This document shows, one piece after another, positions 36,960 to 45,508 of a stretch of DNA of 62,712 nt. The stretch is taken from contig JANPBJ010000207.1 in NCBI GenBank assembly GCA_031430375.1, positions 1 to 62,712 of the forward strand, given 5' to 3'. The translations under genes were made by a program, and so were the position numbers. Source of the DNA: Acidimicrobiia bacterium (lineage in GTDB: Bacteria; Actinomycetota; Acidimicrobiia; IMCC26256; JAENVU01). Under the pieces are notes generated by a model. That model was not told the DNA's origin. It ran no database searches and worked only from the letters and a program-made list of their open reading frames with translations. How positions within the stretch are numbered: the first letter of the stretch is position 1; every line of letters begins with the position of its first letter.

Positions 36960-37559
36960 GTGACTCCACCGGTGACCAATGCCCCTGCACTCAAAGAATG
37001 GGCTGCCGTTGTCCAGGCGCTCCTCATCGGCGAACAGGTCATCGATATCCGCAAGGGCGGGATCCGCGAGGATGGTCGTCACTTCTCGGTTCATTCGTCG
37101 CGAGTCTGGCTCTACCCCACCGTCGAGCATCAAAAGCCCGAGCTGCTCAAGCCTGCATATCAGCGCTGGGTGTCCAGCACCGCGGCGGCGGCGCCGGTCG
37201 ACCGGGCGATTCGAGTGGAGGGCTGGGCCGACATTGTGGGCGTGGCAACAGTGACCGAGTCCGAAGTCCTCGACGCGCTCGATGGCAAGGTCATCTGGTC
37301 CCGCGAATACGTGGAATCGCGGTTTCGTTGGAAAGCCCGAGATCCGCTGTTGGTTCTCGCGCTGCGGGTGCACCGACTCACCGAGCCCATCACCGTCGCG
37401 TTTCGAGACGAGTACGGCGGGTGCACATCGTGGGTGGACCTCGATGGCCTCCCGGATCCAGCTGCCGTTGCCAGTACGCCCGCGCTGTCCGACGCCGCGT
37501 TCGACGCGCGGCTCAAGGCCGCGGCGACTGTTGTGACTGGCGGTTTCGCACTGCCCTGA
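36960..37559 (+). CDS. Conserved hypothetical protein (DUF1802-like by recollection)
   Basis: In-frame GTG 36960 is preferred because the ORF-track start 36864 overlaps the divergent hydrolase. TATCCT lies 8 nt upstream. Sequence: ALKEWAAVVQALL.GEQ....KGGI.E...F. Confidence 0.5.
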   Translation: MTPPVTNAPALKEWAAVVQALLIGEQVIDIRKGGIREDGRHFSVHSSRVWLYPTVEHQKPELLKPAYQRWVSSTAAAAPVDRAIRVEGWADIVGVATVTESEVLDALDGKVIWSREYVESRFRWKARDPLLVLALRVHRLTEPITVAFRDEYGGCTSWVDLDGLPDPAAVASTPALSDAAFDARLKAAATVVTGGFALP

Positions 37560-38172
37560 GGTCGGCGGCGAGATGCTCAAGTCGATACTCCTGGGACCGA
37601 CCTGGATAGTGGTTTATTTTCGGATGCGGAGCACGATCGATCGCGATGCTGTTCCAGGATCGGTCGACGTACCGCGTTCGAGCCCGCATCCGGGTCCGGC
37701 GTACGAGCTCGACCGTGGGCTCCACGCGATAGCCCAACTCGTCGATCACGGCCGCGTTCTCCCACCACTCATGATCCAAGTATTCGACGCGATTCCAGAT
37801 TGCGTCGAGCCACCGCCGGACCAGCCGATGACGGCGCAGTACCCAGACTCCACAGTTGGGCACGACCTGACCGTCGTATTCATGGGCGACCATGCCCATG
37901 AGGTCGCGCCGCTTGAGTGCTTCGGCAATATCGAGCGCCGGGTCCACAATCGCCGCGTCGGCGTCGATCCACAACACAAGGTCGTAGTGCTCGAGCAATT
38001 CCCGCAGCAGACGGATCTTGCTCCACGCCGGGGGGCGCTCAGGAGCAAGGGTCTCGGTCCGGAGATCAAGGTCGTAGCCATGACGTTCGGCGTAGCCCGC
38101 GAAGGTGGCGCCGGAAATATCGAGGAGCGCGGCGTGGGGTCCCGCGCCGATCGAACAGAGAACCTTGCGCAC
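37513..38172 (-). CDS. Nucleotide-diphospho-sugar transferase, GT34 (GMA12/MNN10/XXT)-like
   Basis: PAWSKIRLLRELL...LVLWIDADAAIVD and NCGVWVLRRHRLVRRWLDAIW resemble the GT34 DxD region. The GTG start lies 2 nt after the upstream small-gene stop. Confidence 0.5.
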   Translation of the reverse strand: MRKVLCSIGAGPHAALLDISGATFAGYAERHGYDLDLRTETLAPERPPAWSKIRLLRELLEHYDLVLWIDADAAIVDPALDIAEALKRRDLMGMVAHEYDGQVVPNCGVWVLRRHRLVRRWLDAIWNRVEYLDHEWWENAAVIDELGYRVEPTVELVRRTRMRARTRYVDRSWNSIAIDRAPHPKINHYPGRSQEYRLEHLAADLRAVRNRQSQQSPRP

Positions 38173-38174
38173 GC

Positions 38175-38363
38175 TCAGGCGGATCGGTAGCCGCGGTTAC
38201 GGGCCTCGGCCGGCGTATCGGGTGCAAAGCTTGTGAACTGTTCCGACACCATCAGCTCCTCGATCGTCTCCGCGTCGGTCTCGGCATCATCAAGGTCGTA
38301 GTAACGCTGGTCCCGCTTGTCGCCGACGTAACGGAACTCCTCGAACTTCGTTGGTCGACTCAT
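38175..38363 (-). CDS. Small acidic hypothetical protein (62 aa)
   Basis: ATG start, immediately upstream of the GT34-like gene with a 2-nt gap. No recognisable domain. Confidence 0.5.
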   Translation of the reverse strand: MSRPTKFEEFRYVGDKRDQRYYDLDDAETDAETIEELMVSEQFTSFAPDTPAEARNRGYRSA

Positions 38364-38383
38364 CCCGCCGAGGTTACGGGACG

Positions 38384-38421
38384 CGATGGAGGGAGGACCC
38401 GGTTCGGCCCTCCCTCCATCG
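38384..38421 (-). other. Perfect 13-bp GC-rich hairpin (CGATGGAGGGAGG / CCTCCCTCCATCG), 20 nt upstream of the 38363 start codon
   Basis: Read directly. The arms are an SD-like GGAGGGAGG and an anti-SD-like CCTCCCTCC, with a 12-nt loop. It sits in a 278-nt non-coding gap. Confidence 0.7.
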
Positions 38422-38641
38422 GTTCATGCTCGGATCGCGTCCGGGATTGCCCGGGGGGGACCAACTCCCGACCCAGAAACGCGATGGTGCGACGGGTTGG
38501 ATTCCGCCAAAGTCCGAAGTGGACGGCTAGCGGCCGCGCACCTCCAGGGTCCCATGTTGATCATGCATCTATGGACCACCCCCTTTCTCTGGTACGTGAT
38601 TCGTACCACGCGGAGGGCCTGCACGACCAGGGTTTCATGAC

Positions 38642-39103
38642 TCAGTCGCGGAATTTCGGCGGGTCAGGCTCCACCGGCCGCCCGATGGCGCCGATGAAGT
38701 TGAGGTAGTCGAGCTGGCACGTCATGACGGCGTGGACCTGTTCCGGCAAGTAGGCCTCACCGGTTTCCGCGCACCGATCCACGATGTACGCGACGGTCTC
38801 CTCCGGCGTGAAGACGAGCGGGACACCACCGGTCGCCTCGGCCTTCGCACGGCTGCCGTTCTGGGCGACTCCACGTTGACGGAAGAACTCCACCTGGAAC
38901 CCGAGGATCCGCTTGACGTCGGCCTCATTCAGCGTCGCGGCGGCAAGGTCATCGAGGTGCGCTATCACCCATGCCTGCGCGTCGTCGGGGTCGAACACCG
39001 CGGGAGGGGGGTCGTCACTGAGACGTGCTGCTTCGCGGAACACAAGCCCTGCGGCGATGGCCAACACCACGCCAACCACGACGAACCCAACCACCCACGT
39101 CAT
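38642..39103 (-). CDS. Membrane-anchored hypothetical protein (153 aa)
   Basis: The N-terminal TM helix (WVVGFVVVGVVLAIAAGLVF) is followed by a soluble domain. No motif recognised. Confidence 0.55.
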   Translation of the reverse strand: MTWVVGFVVVGVVLAIAAGLVFREAARLSDDPPPAVFDPDDAQAWVIAHLDDLAAATLNEADVKRILGFQVEFFRQRGVAQNGSRAKAEATGGVPLVFTPEETVAYIVDRCAETGEAYLPEQVHAVMTCQLDYLNFIGAIGRPVEPDPPKFRD

Positions 39104-39177
39104 GCAGTCAGTCCGGTCTCACGCGCGGCGTGGCCACCCCATTGCGCGATACCGAATCTCGCATGGGAAGCGGGGAT

Positions 39178-40308
39178 CTAGATCCCGATGCGTTGCGCGA
39201 GCAACTCGCGGTGGTACGTGGCGTCACCGAAGAGGATCTCCGAAGACTTTGCGCGTTTGAAGTACAGATGCGCGTCGTGCTCCCATGTAAATCCGATACC
39301 ACCGTGGATCTGAATGTTCTCCGCAGTCGCGTGGAAATACGCGTCGGAGCAGTACGCCTTGGCAAGCGAGGCAACGACTGGCAGTTCATCGTTGTCCTCG
39401 GCTGCCGCCCACGATGCGTAATAGGCGGCCGACTTCGCGGACTCGATCTCGAGCAGCATGTCGGCGCATTTGTGCTTGATCGCCTGGAACGATCCGATCG
39501 GGCGGCCGAACTGCACGCGGTCCTTCGCGTACTGCACCGACTCGTCGAGCACGTACTGGCCACCACCGACCATCTCATTGCACAGGCCGACGGCCGCTTG
39601 GTCGAGTGTCTTGGACAAGGCGGCCCAACCGGCACCCGCGGTGCCGAGCAGCGTGGCTTGCACGCCATTGAACTCGAGCTTGGCTTGCTTCCGCGTCTGA
39701 TCCATCGTGGCCAGGGCGGTGCGGATCAGCCCTGCGGCGTCACCGTCGACGGTGTAGAACGAAATACCGTCCTCACCAGTGGTCCCGGCCGCCCGCGCCG
39801 CCACCACGATCAGGTTCGCGATATGCCCGTCGAGCACGAACATCTTCGTGCCGGTGAGCGTTGCGCCGTCGCCCGAGGGCGTTGCCTCGAGCGTGATTCC
39901 GGCCGCATCCCATTTCCCATTCGGCTCGGTGAACGCCAACGTGGCGATGGTCTCGCCGCTCGCGATCCCCGGGAGCAGCGCCGCCTTCTGGTCCTCGGTT
40001 CCGGCGTTGAGAATCGCGTTGGCCGCGAGCACCACCGTGGAAAAGTACGGCGCGCACAGCAGCGCCCGGCCCTGCTCCTCGAGCACGATGCCGAGCTCGA
40101 CCCAGCTGAAGCCCTGGCCGCCGTACGCCTCGGGAATGTGCAGACTCTGCAGCCCCAGCTCGTTCGCCATCTGGGACCAGACTGCGGGGTCGTAGCCCTC
40201 AGTGGTCTCCATGAGGCGCCGCACCTCGGTCTCGGGGCTCTTGGCCTCCAAGAACTTCCGGACGGCATCGCGCAGCTGGTCCTGCTCCTCGGAAAAAGCA
40301 AAGTTCAC
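39178..40308 (-). CDS. Acyl-CoA dehydrogenase
   Basis: 376 aa, starts MNFAFSEEQ..LRD. C-terminal YCSDAYFHATAENIQIHGGIGFTWEHDAHLYFKRA is typical of the ACAD fold. Confidence 0.9.
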   Translation of the reverse strand: MNFAFSEEQDQLRDAVRKFLEAKSPETEVRRLMETTEGYDPAVWSQMANELGLQSLHIPEAYGGQGFSWVELGIVLEEQGRALLCAPYFSTVVLAANAILNAGTEDQKAALLPGIASGETIATLAFTEPNGKWDAAGITLEATPSGDGATLTGTKMFVLDGHIANLIVVAARAAGTTGEDGISFYTVDGDAAGLIRTALATMDQTRKQAKLEFNGVQATLLGTAGAGWAALSKTLDQAAVGLCNEMVGGGQYVLDESVQYAKDRVQFGRPIGSFQAIKHKCADMLLEIESAKSAAYYASWAAAEDNDELPVVASLAKAYCSDAYFHATAENIQIHGGIGFTWEHDAHLYFKRAKSSEILFGDATYHRELLAQRIGI

Positions 40309-40500
40309 GGGGGTTCCCTTCCCTCAGCGGGGCTCACGCGGGGCCCAGGCGCCCGCACACCAATGGTGGCGTTGGATTCACGCAACCACGAGTCCTGGAC
40401 CGTACTTGACCGCTCAGTCAGGTCGCCAACGGCCCGTCGCAATCGGTCGCTGGTCACACGCCTGCAAAAGGGCGCTACGGCTCAGGTAGCGTTTCGGCCA

Positions 40501-41109
40501 ATGCAGCCTGCCCACTACGAAACCGTCGACGTCCGCGTCGACAAGTACGTGGTCGGCCCCTTCGAAAACAACGTTTTCGTCATCCGCGACAAGGGGTCCG
40601 GTGAGGCGCTGCTGATCGACGCGGCCAACGAGCACGACCTGCTCCTCGAAGTGTGTCGAGCGACCGGGGTCCGACGCGTCCTCACCACTCATGGCCACTG
40701 GGACCACATTCAGGCCGTGGTTGCCGTGCGGAATGCCGGCATCGAGGTAGGGATCGCGGAGGCAGACGCGGCGATGCTCCCGAGTTACGACTTCACGATC
40801 CCCGACGACGACGTCCTCACGGTGGGTGATCTGCGCTTCCGATCGATCCACACCCCCGGCCATACGGCGGGATCAACCTGCTTCGCGTTGGAACGTCACC
40901 CGATCGTGTTCAGCGGCGACACCTTGTTTCCCGGTGGCGCGGGAAACACCGCGACCGAGGGTGCGAGCTTCGATGAGATCATCGGCTCGATCGATCGTCG
41001 ACTCTTCACCCTCCCCGCCCACACGTTGGTGTTCCCAGGACACGGCTTGGACACCACGATCGGAACGGAGCGTCCGAACCTGGACGCGTGGATCGAACGA
41101 GGTTGGTGA
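40501..41109 (+). CDS. MBL-fold metallo-hydrolase (glyoxalase II-like)
   Basis: ATG 40501. THGHWDH metal motif, HTPGHTAGS, and FPGG...G. The upstream 1.4 kb of the listed 39025..41109 ORF is antisense to the ACAD gene. Confidence 0.85.
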   Translation: MQPAHYETVDVRVDKYVVGPFENNVFVIRDKGSGEALLIDAANEHDLLLEVCRATGVRRVLTTHGHWDHIQAVVAVRNAGIEVGIAEADAAMLPSYDFTIPDDDVLTVGDLRFRSIHTPGHTAGSTCFALERHPIVFSGDTLFPGGAGNTATEGASFDEIIGSIDRRLFTLPAHTLVFPGHGLDTTIGTERPNLDAWIERGW

Positions 41110-41245
41110 GGTGATCCCAGCCACCAGGTGTAACGAATCAGCGGAGTGGCGAACGAAGAACGTGATGTTCTCCACGGTCTGGAATGCGCCGGTGCGAAAT
41201 TTGGCTTGGGTCGCGGCCCGCTGCGGATACCGGTAAGACACGCCC

Positions 41246-42481
41246 ATGGCCACTCGTCGACCCACGCTGACTATTGCCGACGCATGCGCCGTCATTGGTG
41301 AGGCCGGCCACGGGCCACGACCGTACGGAGTGGGACTCGAACTCGAGTGGTTTGTGACCAGAGCCGGCCAGCCGGTGGCTGATATCTCCGTGATCCGATC
41401 GGCGATCGAGTGCCACGGACCTCTCCCTCACGCCAGCCGCATCACCTTCGAGCCCGGCGGGCAGCTCGAGATCAGCGCTCCGCCGTCTACGAACGGACCC
41501 GACGCCGTGCGCGGCGCGGAGATGGACGCGGCCGCAGTCATGACCCGACTCGCCGAAGCGGGGATGCGCTGTGTTGCGGTCGGCCTCGACGCGAGCGGAA
41601 GCCGCGACCGTGTTCTCGACGAGCCGCGCTACCGAGCCATGGCCGAATACTTCGCAGCTCAGGGATCCGCCGGCGCGGTGATGATGTGCAACACCGCGTC
41701 GCTGCAAATCAACGTCGGGTTCCAAGACGACCCTCGGCCGCAATGGGAACTCGCCCACGATCTTGCGCCCGTGCTCGGCGCGATGTTCGCTCACTCACCG
41801 CTGGTCGCCGGACGCCCGAGTGGTTGGCAATCGAGTCGACTGGCGGTGTGGTCCGCGCTCGACCCACCACGGACGTCGCCCGTGGCATCCAGGACCGACG
41901 CCCGCAATGCGTGGACCCGTTATGCGCTCGACGCACCGGTCATGCTCATTCACACCGGTGACACCTGCGTCGTCCCAGAGGGCAGCCTCACGTTGCGATC
42001 ATGGGTCGAAGGCGGGCACCCACTCGGACATCCCGACGCCGAGGATGTGGCGTACCACCTGACCACGCTGTTCCCCCCGATTCGTCCCCGAGGCTGGCTC
42101 GAGCTCCGAATCATCGACGCCCTTCCGCACCCGTGGTACCAAGTAGCAGCAGCGATCGGTATCACCACGCTCTCGGATCCCGAGCTGGGCGCGACACTGA
42201 CACCGATCGTGAGCGGCTGTCGTGACCTCGCGCTCACCGCTGCGTGGCATGGCGTGCACGACCCCACCATGGGGGCCACGGCGTGCGCGGTCTTGGACGC
42301 AACCCTGCCGATCCTGGAACAAGCCGGATACGACGACCCGGTCATCGCAGCGGCGCACGAGTTCGCGAACCGTTACACGCGGCGAAGCCGCAGCCTGGCC
42401 GACGACCGGCTCGACGCGTGGGCCCTCACCGCAGCGCTCGCGCCCGACGGTGAGCCTGTTCCCGCATCTTCGGGCCGGTGA
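41246..42481 (+). CDS. egtA: Glutamate-cysteine ligase, ergothioneine pathway (EgtA, GCS2 family)
   Basis: GCS2-type sequence. It heads an egtA-B-C-D gene order, with a GTGA overlap into egtB. Confidence 0.8.
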   Translation: MATRRPTLTIADACAVIGEAGHGPRPYGVGLELEWFVTRAGQPVADISVIRSAIECHGPLPHASRITFEPGGQLEISAPPSTNGPDAVRGAEMDAAAVMTRLAEAGMRCVAVGLDASGSRDRVLDEPRYRAMAEYFAAQGSAGAVMMCNTASLQINVGFQDDPRPQWELAHDLAPVLGAMFAHSPLVAGRPSGWQSSRLAVWSALDPPRTSPVASRTDARNAWTRYALDAPVMLIHTGDTCVVPEGSLTLRSWVEGGHPLGHPDAEDVAYHLTTLFPPIRPRGWLELRIIDALPHPWYQVAAAIGITTLSDPELGATLTPIVSGCRDLALTAAWHGVHDPTMGATACAVLDATLPILEQAGYDDPVIAAAHEFANRYTRRSRSLADDRLDAWALTAALAPDGEPVPASSGR

Positions 42482-43758
42482 GACCCCGGTCCGCGTCGGC
42501 CCTCACCGACGCGCGCGCTCGCACGCTGATGGTGCTGGAGGATCTCACTGACCGCGAACTCATCGACCAACATTCCGCACTCATGTCGCCGTTGGTGTGG
42601 GACCTCGCGCACATCGCGCACTTCGAGGAGCTCTGGCTGATCCGCGAACTTGGAATTGGCGAACCCACCAACCTTCGCTTCGATGACATCTACGACGCGT
42701 TCGCACACCAGCGCTCTGAGCGGCCCACGCTCGACATCCTCGATCCCGAGGCCGCCCGGGCATTCGGTGCCGCGGTACGCGAGCGTGTGTGGTGGTCCGA
42801 GGTCCCTCCCAATGCCAGCGATCGTGTGGGCATGCTGGTCCGTGACGACTTCGTATACGGCATGGTGATCCGCCACGAACATCAGCACGTCGAGACGATG
42901 CTCGCCACCATGCAACTCATGACCAATGGGGCGCCAGCGGCCGCCGGCGCCGGCCCCGGTCGTGAGGGCCAGCCTGATCTGGTCGGTCGCGAAGTGCTCA
43001 TCCCGGCGGGTCCGTTCGTGATGGGCACCGACACCGATCAGTGGGCCTACGACAACGAGCGCCCCGCGCACGCCGTGGATCTCCCCGCGTTCTTCATCGA
43101 CGTCACCCCGGCCACGAACGCCGAGTACATGCGCTTCGTGGATGCCGGCGGTTACGACGAACCTCGTTGGTGGCGCGACGAGGGTTGGAAGTGGCGCCAA
43201 ACCGCCGGGCTCACCAGCCCGGCGTTCTGGGCCCATCGCCAGGACGGTTGGACTCGGCAACGATTCGGACGCACGGAACCGCTCCCGGAATACGAGCCGG
43301 TGCAGCACATCGGGTGGTACGAGGCCGACGCCTACGCGCGATGGGCCGGGAAACGCCTCCCCACGGAAGCCGAATGGGAGAAGGCCGCGAGTTGGGATCC
43401 CACAACGGGCGACGCGACCAGGCATTCCACGGTGGAAGACGCCGCGCTCTGGGGCGCGACCCAGCGGTGGGCGCCCGACGATGTGGGAGCCCACCCGTCC
43501 GGCGCGTCGCCCTGGGGAGTACTCGACATGTTGGGCGGGGTATGGGAATGGACCGCCACCGATTTCGCGGGATACCCGGGGTTCGAAAGTTTCCCGTACG
43601 CCGAATATTCCGAAGTCTTCTTCGGGCCCGATTTCAAAGTCTTGCGCGGCGGCTCGTGGGCCACCCATCCGGTCACCGTGAGCACGACCTTCCGCAACTG
43701 GGATTACCCGATCCGGCGCCAGATCTTCAGCGGCGTGCGCTGCGCCCGGGACGCCTGA
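42478..43758 (+). CDS. egtB: Hercynine oxygenase / sulfoxide synthase EgtB
   Basis: DinB-like N-terminal domain (LVWDLAHIAHFEELW, HEHQHVETM) plus an FGE-sulfatase domain (GNVWEWT-like GGVWEWT, RGGSWAT). Confidence 0.9.
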   Translation: MRPRSASALTDARARTLMVLEDLTDRELIDQHSALMSPLVWDLAHIAHFEELWLIRELGIGEPTNLRFDDIYDAFAHQRSERPTLDILDPEAARAFGAAVRERVWWSEVPPNASDRVGMLVRDDFVYGMVIRHEHQHVETMLATMQLMTNGAPAAAGAGPGREGQPDLVGREVLIPAGPFVMGTDTDQWAYDNERPAHAVDLPAFFIDVTPATNAEYMRFVDAGGYDEPRWWRDEGWKWRQTAGLTSPAFWAHRQDGWTRQRFGRTEPLPEYEPVQHIGWYEADAYARWAGKRLPTEAEWEKAASWDPTTGDATRHSTVEDAALWGATQRWAPDDVGAHPSGASPWGVLDMLGGVWEWTATDFAGYPGFESFPYAEYSEVFFGPDFKVLRGGSWATHPVTVSTTFRNWDYPIRRQIFSGVRCARDA

Positions 43759-43765
43759 TCCGCTG

Positions 43766-44509
43766 ATGTGTCGCCACCTCGCGTACGTCGGGCCGCCGCT
43801 GGCCATCGGCGAGCTGCTGTTCGACGCACCGCACGCGCTGTGCAATCAAGGGTGTGCGCCACGCGAGATGGTGGTGGCCAAGGACAACCCAAACGGATGG
43901 GGAGTGGCGTGGTGGGATCCCGGCGCCGCGGAACCCCACCATTACCGCACCACCGCGCGCATGTGGGAAGACGACGGTTTTCGCAGCGGCGAGCAGCCCG
44001 CAACCACGATCTTGGGTGCGGTGCGCAAGGCGTCGCCGAACACCACGCTGGAGTCCGTGAACAACGCCCCGTTCGTGGCGGCATCGCGGCTCGGCGCGCT
44101 GGCGTTTTCACTCAACGGCCATGTGTTCCATGCCTCGTGTGCGGCGCGGGTCCGGGCCGCGATACCGCCCGAAGTCTCAATCGTTGGCAACACCGATTCG
44201 GAGGCGGTGTTCGCCATCATCCGAGCCGCCATTGCGTCCGGGTCGAACGCCGCCGCGGCCGTCGCCGCCGCCCATCACGTGATCGCGCCGAATCACGAGG
44301 TCTACGTGAACCTGCTGCTCGCTACCCGCGATGAGATCGTAGCGACCGCCTGGCAGCACACGCTGTACGTCCGGCACCTCGATGACGCCACCACGGTCTC
44401 ATCCGAGGCGCTCGACTCTTCGCCCGGTTGGGTGCGCGTTCCGGACGCGAGTCTTCTCGTCGCAAACCGCGACCGCGTCACGACGACCCCACTGCAAGGA
44501 TTGCAATGA
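43766..44509 (+). CDS. egtC: Class II glutamine amidotransferase-type amidohydrolase EgtC
   Basis: Begins MCRHLAY, giving an N-terminal nucleophile Cys after Met removal. Also NTDSE. Lies between egtB and egtD. Confidence 0.85.
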   Translation: MCRHLAYVGPPLAIGELLFDAPHALCNQGCAPREMVVAKDNPNGWGVAWWDPGAAEPHHYRTTARMWEDDGFRSGEQPATTILGAVRKASPNTTLESVNNAPFVAASRLGALAFSLNGHVFHASCAARVRAAIPPEVSIVGNTDSEAVFAIIRAAIASGSNAAAAVAAAHHVIAPNHEVYVNLLLATRDEIVATAWQHTLYVRHLDDATTVSSEALDSSPGWVRVPDASLLVANRDRVTTTPLQGLQ

Positions 44510-45483
44510 CCACCAATGCTCTGCGCGTCGATACCTACCTCACGCCCGAGGATCTCGGCGCCGCGCTGCGCACCGATGCGCGTCGCGGGCTGACCTCGAC
44601 GCCCAAAGATCTTCCTCCGAAGTATTTCTACGACGACGCCGGATCTGATCTCTTCGATCAGATCACGCGGCTACCCGAGTACTACCCGACCCGCACCGAG
44701 CGTTCAATCCTCGTTGAGCACGCAGCCGGGATCGTGACGTCGAGCGGCGCTAACACGCTGGTGGAACTCGGAGCAGGCACCTCGGAGAAGACCCGGATCT
44801 TGCTCAACGCGTTCCACCGCGCGAACTCGCTCCGAACCTTCGTCCCGCTCGACGTGTCGGAGGCGACCCTGCGGGACGCGGCGAGCGCGGTGGCCGCGGA
44901 GTATCCGGGGGTGGCCGTGCATGCCGTCGTGGGTGATTTCGAGCGCCACCTACCGAAGATCCCGGCCGATGGCCATCGGATGGTCGCATTTCTCGGCGGG
45001 ACGATCGGCAACTTTGCGCCGGCCGCGCGGGCAACCTTTCTCGGCGCGCTGGCTGCCACATTGCGGAGGGGCGAGACCCTCCTCCTTGGTACGGACCTCG
45101 TGAAGGATCCGGATCGATTGGTGCGAGCGTATGACGATGCGGCAGGTGTCACGGCGGCATTCAACAAGAACGTGCTGCGCGTCTTGAACCGAGAGCTGGG
45201 GGCCACCTTCGACCCCGACGACTTCGACCACGTCGCGGTATGGAATGCTGCCGACGAATGGATCGAGATGCGGTTGCGAGCGTGCCGAGCCCTCTCGGTA
45301 CCCGTTCCCGAGCTGGATCTGGATGTGGGGTTCGCGACCGGTGAGGAGATGCGCACCGAGATCAGCTCGAAGTTTCGACGGGACCGGGTGGAGAACGAAC
45401 TCAGCACTGCCGGCTTCGAACTCGTCGAATGGTGGACCGATCCGGCCGGCGATTTCGCCCTCTCCCTCGCCCGCCGCGTCTGA
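44506..45483 (+). CDS. egtD: L-histidine N-alpha-methyltransferase EgtD
   Basis: ATG 44506 overlaps the egtC stop (ATGA). Motifs: YFYDDAGSDLFDQITRLPEYYPTRTE, LVELGAGTSEKT, FLGGTIGNF. Confidence 0.9.
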   Translation: MTTNALRVDTYLTPEDLGAALRTDARRGLTSTPKDLPPKYFYDDAGSDLFDQITRLPEYYPTRTERSILVEHAAGIVTSSGANTLVELGAGTSEKTRILLNAFHRANSLRTFVPLDVSEATLRDAASAVAAEYPGVAVHAVVGDFERHLPKIPADGHRMVAFLGGTIGNFAPAARATFLGALAATLRRGETLLLGTDLVKDPDRLVRAYDDAAGVTAAFNKNVLRVLNRELGATFDPDDFDHVAVWNAADEWIEMRLRACRALSVPVPELDLDVGFATGEEMRTEISSKFRRDRVENELSTAGFELVEWWTDPAGDFALSLARRV

Positions 45484-45508
45484 TCCCACCGACTTTGGCG
45501 CAGAACCA

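Noticed and set aside
38424-38641. RNase P, SRP, tmRNA or 6C RNA in the long non-coding gap
   Set aside because: AAAGUCCG matches the RNase P core over only 8 nt, and the gap is far too short for RNase P RNA. There is no GGAAGCAGC (SRP) or tmRNA tag-like features. The C-rich loops are not arranged as in 6C. Kept only as an unassigned candidate region in the findings.
39025-40500. N-terminal 490 aa of the listed 694-aa plus-strand ORF
   Set aside because: Only the last 202 aa, from ATG 40501, form the MBL hydrolase. The upstream part is antisense to the acyl-CoA dehydrogenase gene.
42373-43845. 490-aa minus-strand ORF opposite egtB
   Set aside because: Shadow ORF. egtB on the plus strand carries all its family motifs and sits in the egtABCD order.
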